Positions 61,801 to 64,000 of a stretch of DNA of 64,000 bases are shown here, piece after piece (positions within the stretch are counted from its first letter, which is position 1; each line of letters starts with the position of its first letter). Source of the stretch: Klebsormidium nitens. Its lineage: Eukaryota; Plantae; Klebsormidiophyceae. The stretch covers positions 1 to 64,000 of the forward strand of contig DF237446.1 of the NCBI GenBank assembly GCA_000708835.1, in the 5' to 3' direction. The position numbers and the translations under genes are program-made. The notes below the pieces were generated by a model, which saw only the letters and a program-made list of their open reading frames with translations, was not told where the DNA came from and did not search any database.

Positions 61801-62619
61801 TATCAACTTTAATGCATGGCATGTGTGTATAGGTTACAGTAGCATATCTGTAAATCCCCGGGCCAGCTCACATGCAGAGCGTGAGTCCCTTTTAATGCAA
61901 CTCTTTCCATGCCATTGTACGGTCACATGCCCGGAGACGAATCAGGGTGACAATTACTGGTCAATTCTACTGAGAGTAAGTGGTGACAGACGGGACAGAC
62001 TCGGATACATGAAACTTCTCGTGCAATACATTTTGCCCGTAACCAGCTAGGGTTTTCCATACGGTTAGCCTACTTAGCTTACGTTAAGTCTTGGTAAACT
62101 ATGTCCAGGCTTTACTGCAAATTAGACCTACATCTGTAAACTGACGAACAGACAATTGTCACCGCCACTTTATAACCACTTTCAGATTAAGAATACTAAT
62201 GTTAGTCAGCTGTGAAATAGTTAGTATCGTGCTTGCTCTGAAAAGGTATGTTTTTTGACTTGGACATTCACGGAAGAGAGTAATTGTGAACTTTTAGCTA
62301 TACTCCCAATCTCTCTGCTCGTCATCACCCTTCGACTTCTATCTACAACCCAGAATAGCATCCACCTTGCGGCCCTTGCTAGATAATTACAAGAGCTAGT
62401 CAGTCACGTACCCCGTTGGAGCGCACACGCTCATATACGTACACACGCTAACACCCACATAAAAACCTGCTTCGAGCCGAAGAGGCGCTGGAATATTGCC
62501 AAGTCAAAATAAGCCGTTCTTGGTAACTTCGATTCCGATAACGTCTCGTTCTTCACTGTTGCGTAACCGTAAACACACTCCCTTCCTCCGCCCTCAGCAC
62601 CTCGCACTCCAAGCGTCAT

Positions 62620-62992
62620 TCATTGCGTCAGCCCGTTCATCCGGGCAAACCTGGTAAACCGCGGCGGCATCCGCCTCGAAGAGGAGTCAAACCCGGCTAT
62701 CCCGGGGTAGTCTTCCGGCTGAGCTTCTCCCCCCCCCTGCATCTCGATCTCCTGGCTGGAGCCCCTCCATAGCGGGTCGGTCCCTGATGAGGTGTCAGAG
62801 TCCGGAAGGGAGGCCTGAGACTTGACCTGCTTGACACCGTGCATCGCAGTTGAAGGGGCGCTGATACCGGTCGCCCGGTCGATCCGCAGCTGGAGAGTGT
62901 CAAAGAGGAGGGCGTCCGTGCCGCGCCACTCCACCAGCAAGTGGCGGTCCGCGGTCAGGGCCTTGCGTCCGAGGCGGTTCGTCGCATCGCTC
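62620..62992 (-). CDS. Terminal exon of an unidentified gene that probably continues beyond the window
   Basis: Acceptor ...ctcaacctccacag|g at 62993/62992 and a GC-rich open frame SDATNRLGRKALTADRHLLVEWRGTDALLFDTLQL...GLTQ*. No family recognised. Confidence 0.55.
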
Positions 62993-63037
62993 CTGTGGAG
63001 GTTGAGAATGTTAGGAACTCGAAATACGATTGATGAG

Positions 63038-63450
63038 GAGCTTCGCAGTCGATCTGATTAGGGGACAAGCGACCTGACATGCTCTTCGGTTCAGGTTATT
63101 AAGGTACATGTTGAGACTGTGAGGGGTTAAGAAACCTCTGACAAGAGCTTCGATGCCATTGGTCTGAGAAGGGGACAAGCTAGGCGACCTGGCTCGCTTT
63201 TGGTTTTAGTAAGGTCGGTCTTTGTTCCCACGTTATAAGCGTACAGGTTAAGATCAGTGAGGGGTTAGAAAGACCTCAACAAGAGCTTCGCAGTCGATCT
63301 GAGTAGGGGACAAGCGACCTGAGTCGGTGTCGTTTTAATTGGAGCGGCCGTTGATCCATGTTATGATAGTACAGGTTGAGTTTGTGAGGGGTTGAAAAGC
63401 CCTTAACAAGAGCTTCGCAGTCGATCTGAGTAGGGGACAAGCGGCCTGAT
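63038..63450 (+). repeat. Four-copy intronic tandem repeat (~105-135 bp period) with a conserved core and variable linkers
   Basis: The core 'gagcttcgcagtcgatctgagtaggggacaagcgacctga' recurs at ~63038, ~63145 (more diverged), ~63284 and ~63411. Confidence 0.9.
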
Positions 63451-64000
63451 TCGCTTTGGTTTAGTTGGAACGGTGTTCAATAGACGCTCTGATTGCATTG
63501 TTGGAGCTCACGTGAAGTTTCAGATTAGAGCGGAGTGATCAAAGATCGCCTGTACCTAAAGCTCCTTGGTGCCCTCAACAATCGGAGAGAATAAATGGCT
63601 TCAAGATACTCTGCTATTGGTTGGACATTCCAAACACGTGATTGGTTTCGCCACCAGAAGTATTTTACTAATCTCTGGATGACAGAAACGTGGATCAGAC
63701 TGAGAGTGGGCATCGTTGACCGGCAGAGCACACCAATGAGGAAGTTTCATTGTCGACATTCATCAACTCTCCTGAGTTGGTCCCTTTTGAACATAATGAA
63801 GCCGGATGCCTTGGGCCGTGGCTGCCACACTTTTATCGTGCAACGATCTTTGATTTTGTTTTTGATCGAGGTGATTGATGAGTCCGCTGCTTGCCTGCTT
63901 TCCGGCTTTTCCACGCCACTCAAAAAGCTGCAAGCTAGATATCCCGACAAAACACTTGCTTCGGAACCAAAGTCTGAGGAAAGCCCCTCATGCTCGCAAA

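Noticed and set aside
63038-63450. CRISPR array
   Set aside because: Eukaryotic intron, no cas genes, repeats long and degenerate, and the linkers are partly homologous to each other rather than unique spacers.

Overview
Eukaryotic, intron-rich nuclear DNA. GC-rich exons, GT-AG introns and plant-type O-fucosyltransferase and MIF genes suggest a streptophyte green alga, plausibly Klebsormidium-like (inference). I assembled eight multi-exon genes by hand, using splice sites and frame/phase checks: a DUF900-like alpha/beta hydrolase (+), a V8/trypsin-like serine protease (-), a GT106/O-fucosyltransferase-family protein (-), a MIF/D-dopachrome tautomerase-like protein (+), a GmrSD/SspE-like DUF262+DUF1524 nuclease (-), a ~2,840-aa Tudor/Zn-finger/disordered protein with a PP1-docking-like C-terminus (+), FRA10AC1 (-) and CDC20 (+). 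There is also a partial unknown gene at the right edge, a tRNA-derived element and several repeats. Highlights: (1) an intact, intron-containing homologue of a prokaryotic Type IV modification-dependent restriction enzyme, head-to-head with the Tudor gene; (2) 'splice-junction echoes' in introns of several unrelated genes, i.e. decayed tandem copies of the 3' splice site plus the start of the next exon; (3) an O-FucT paralogue lacking the conserved HLRxExD motif; (4) at least 13 perfect TGACGTCA palindromes where about 1 is expected. All family assignments come from motif recognition by eye, not database searches.
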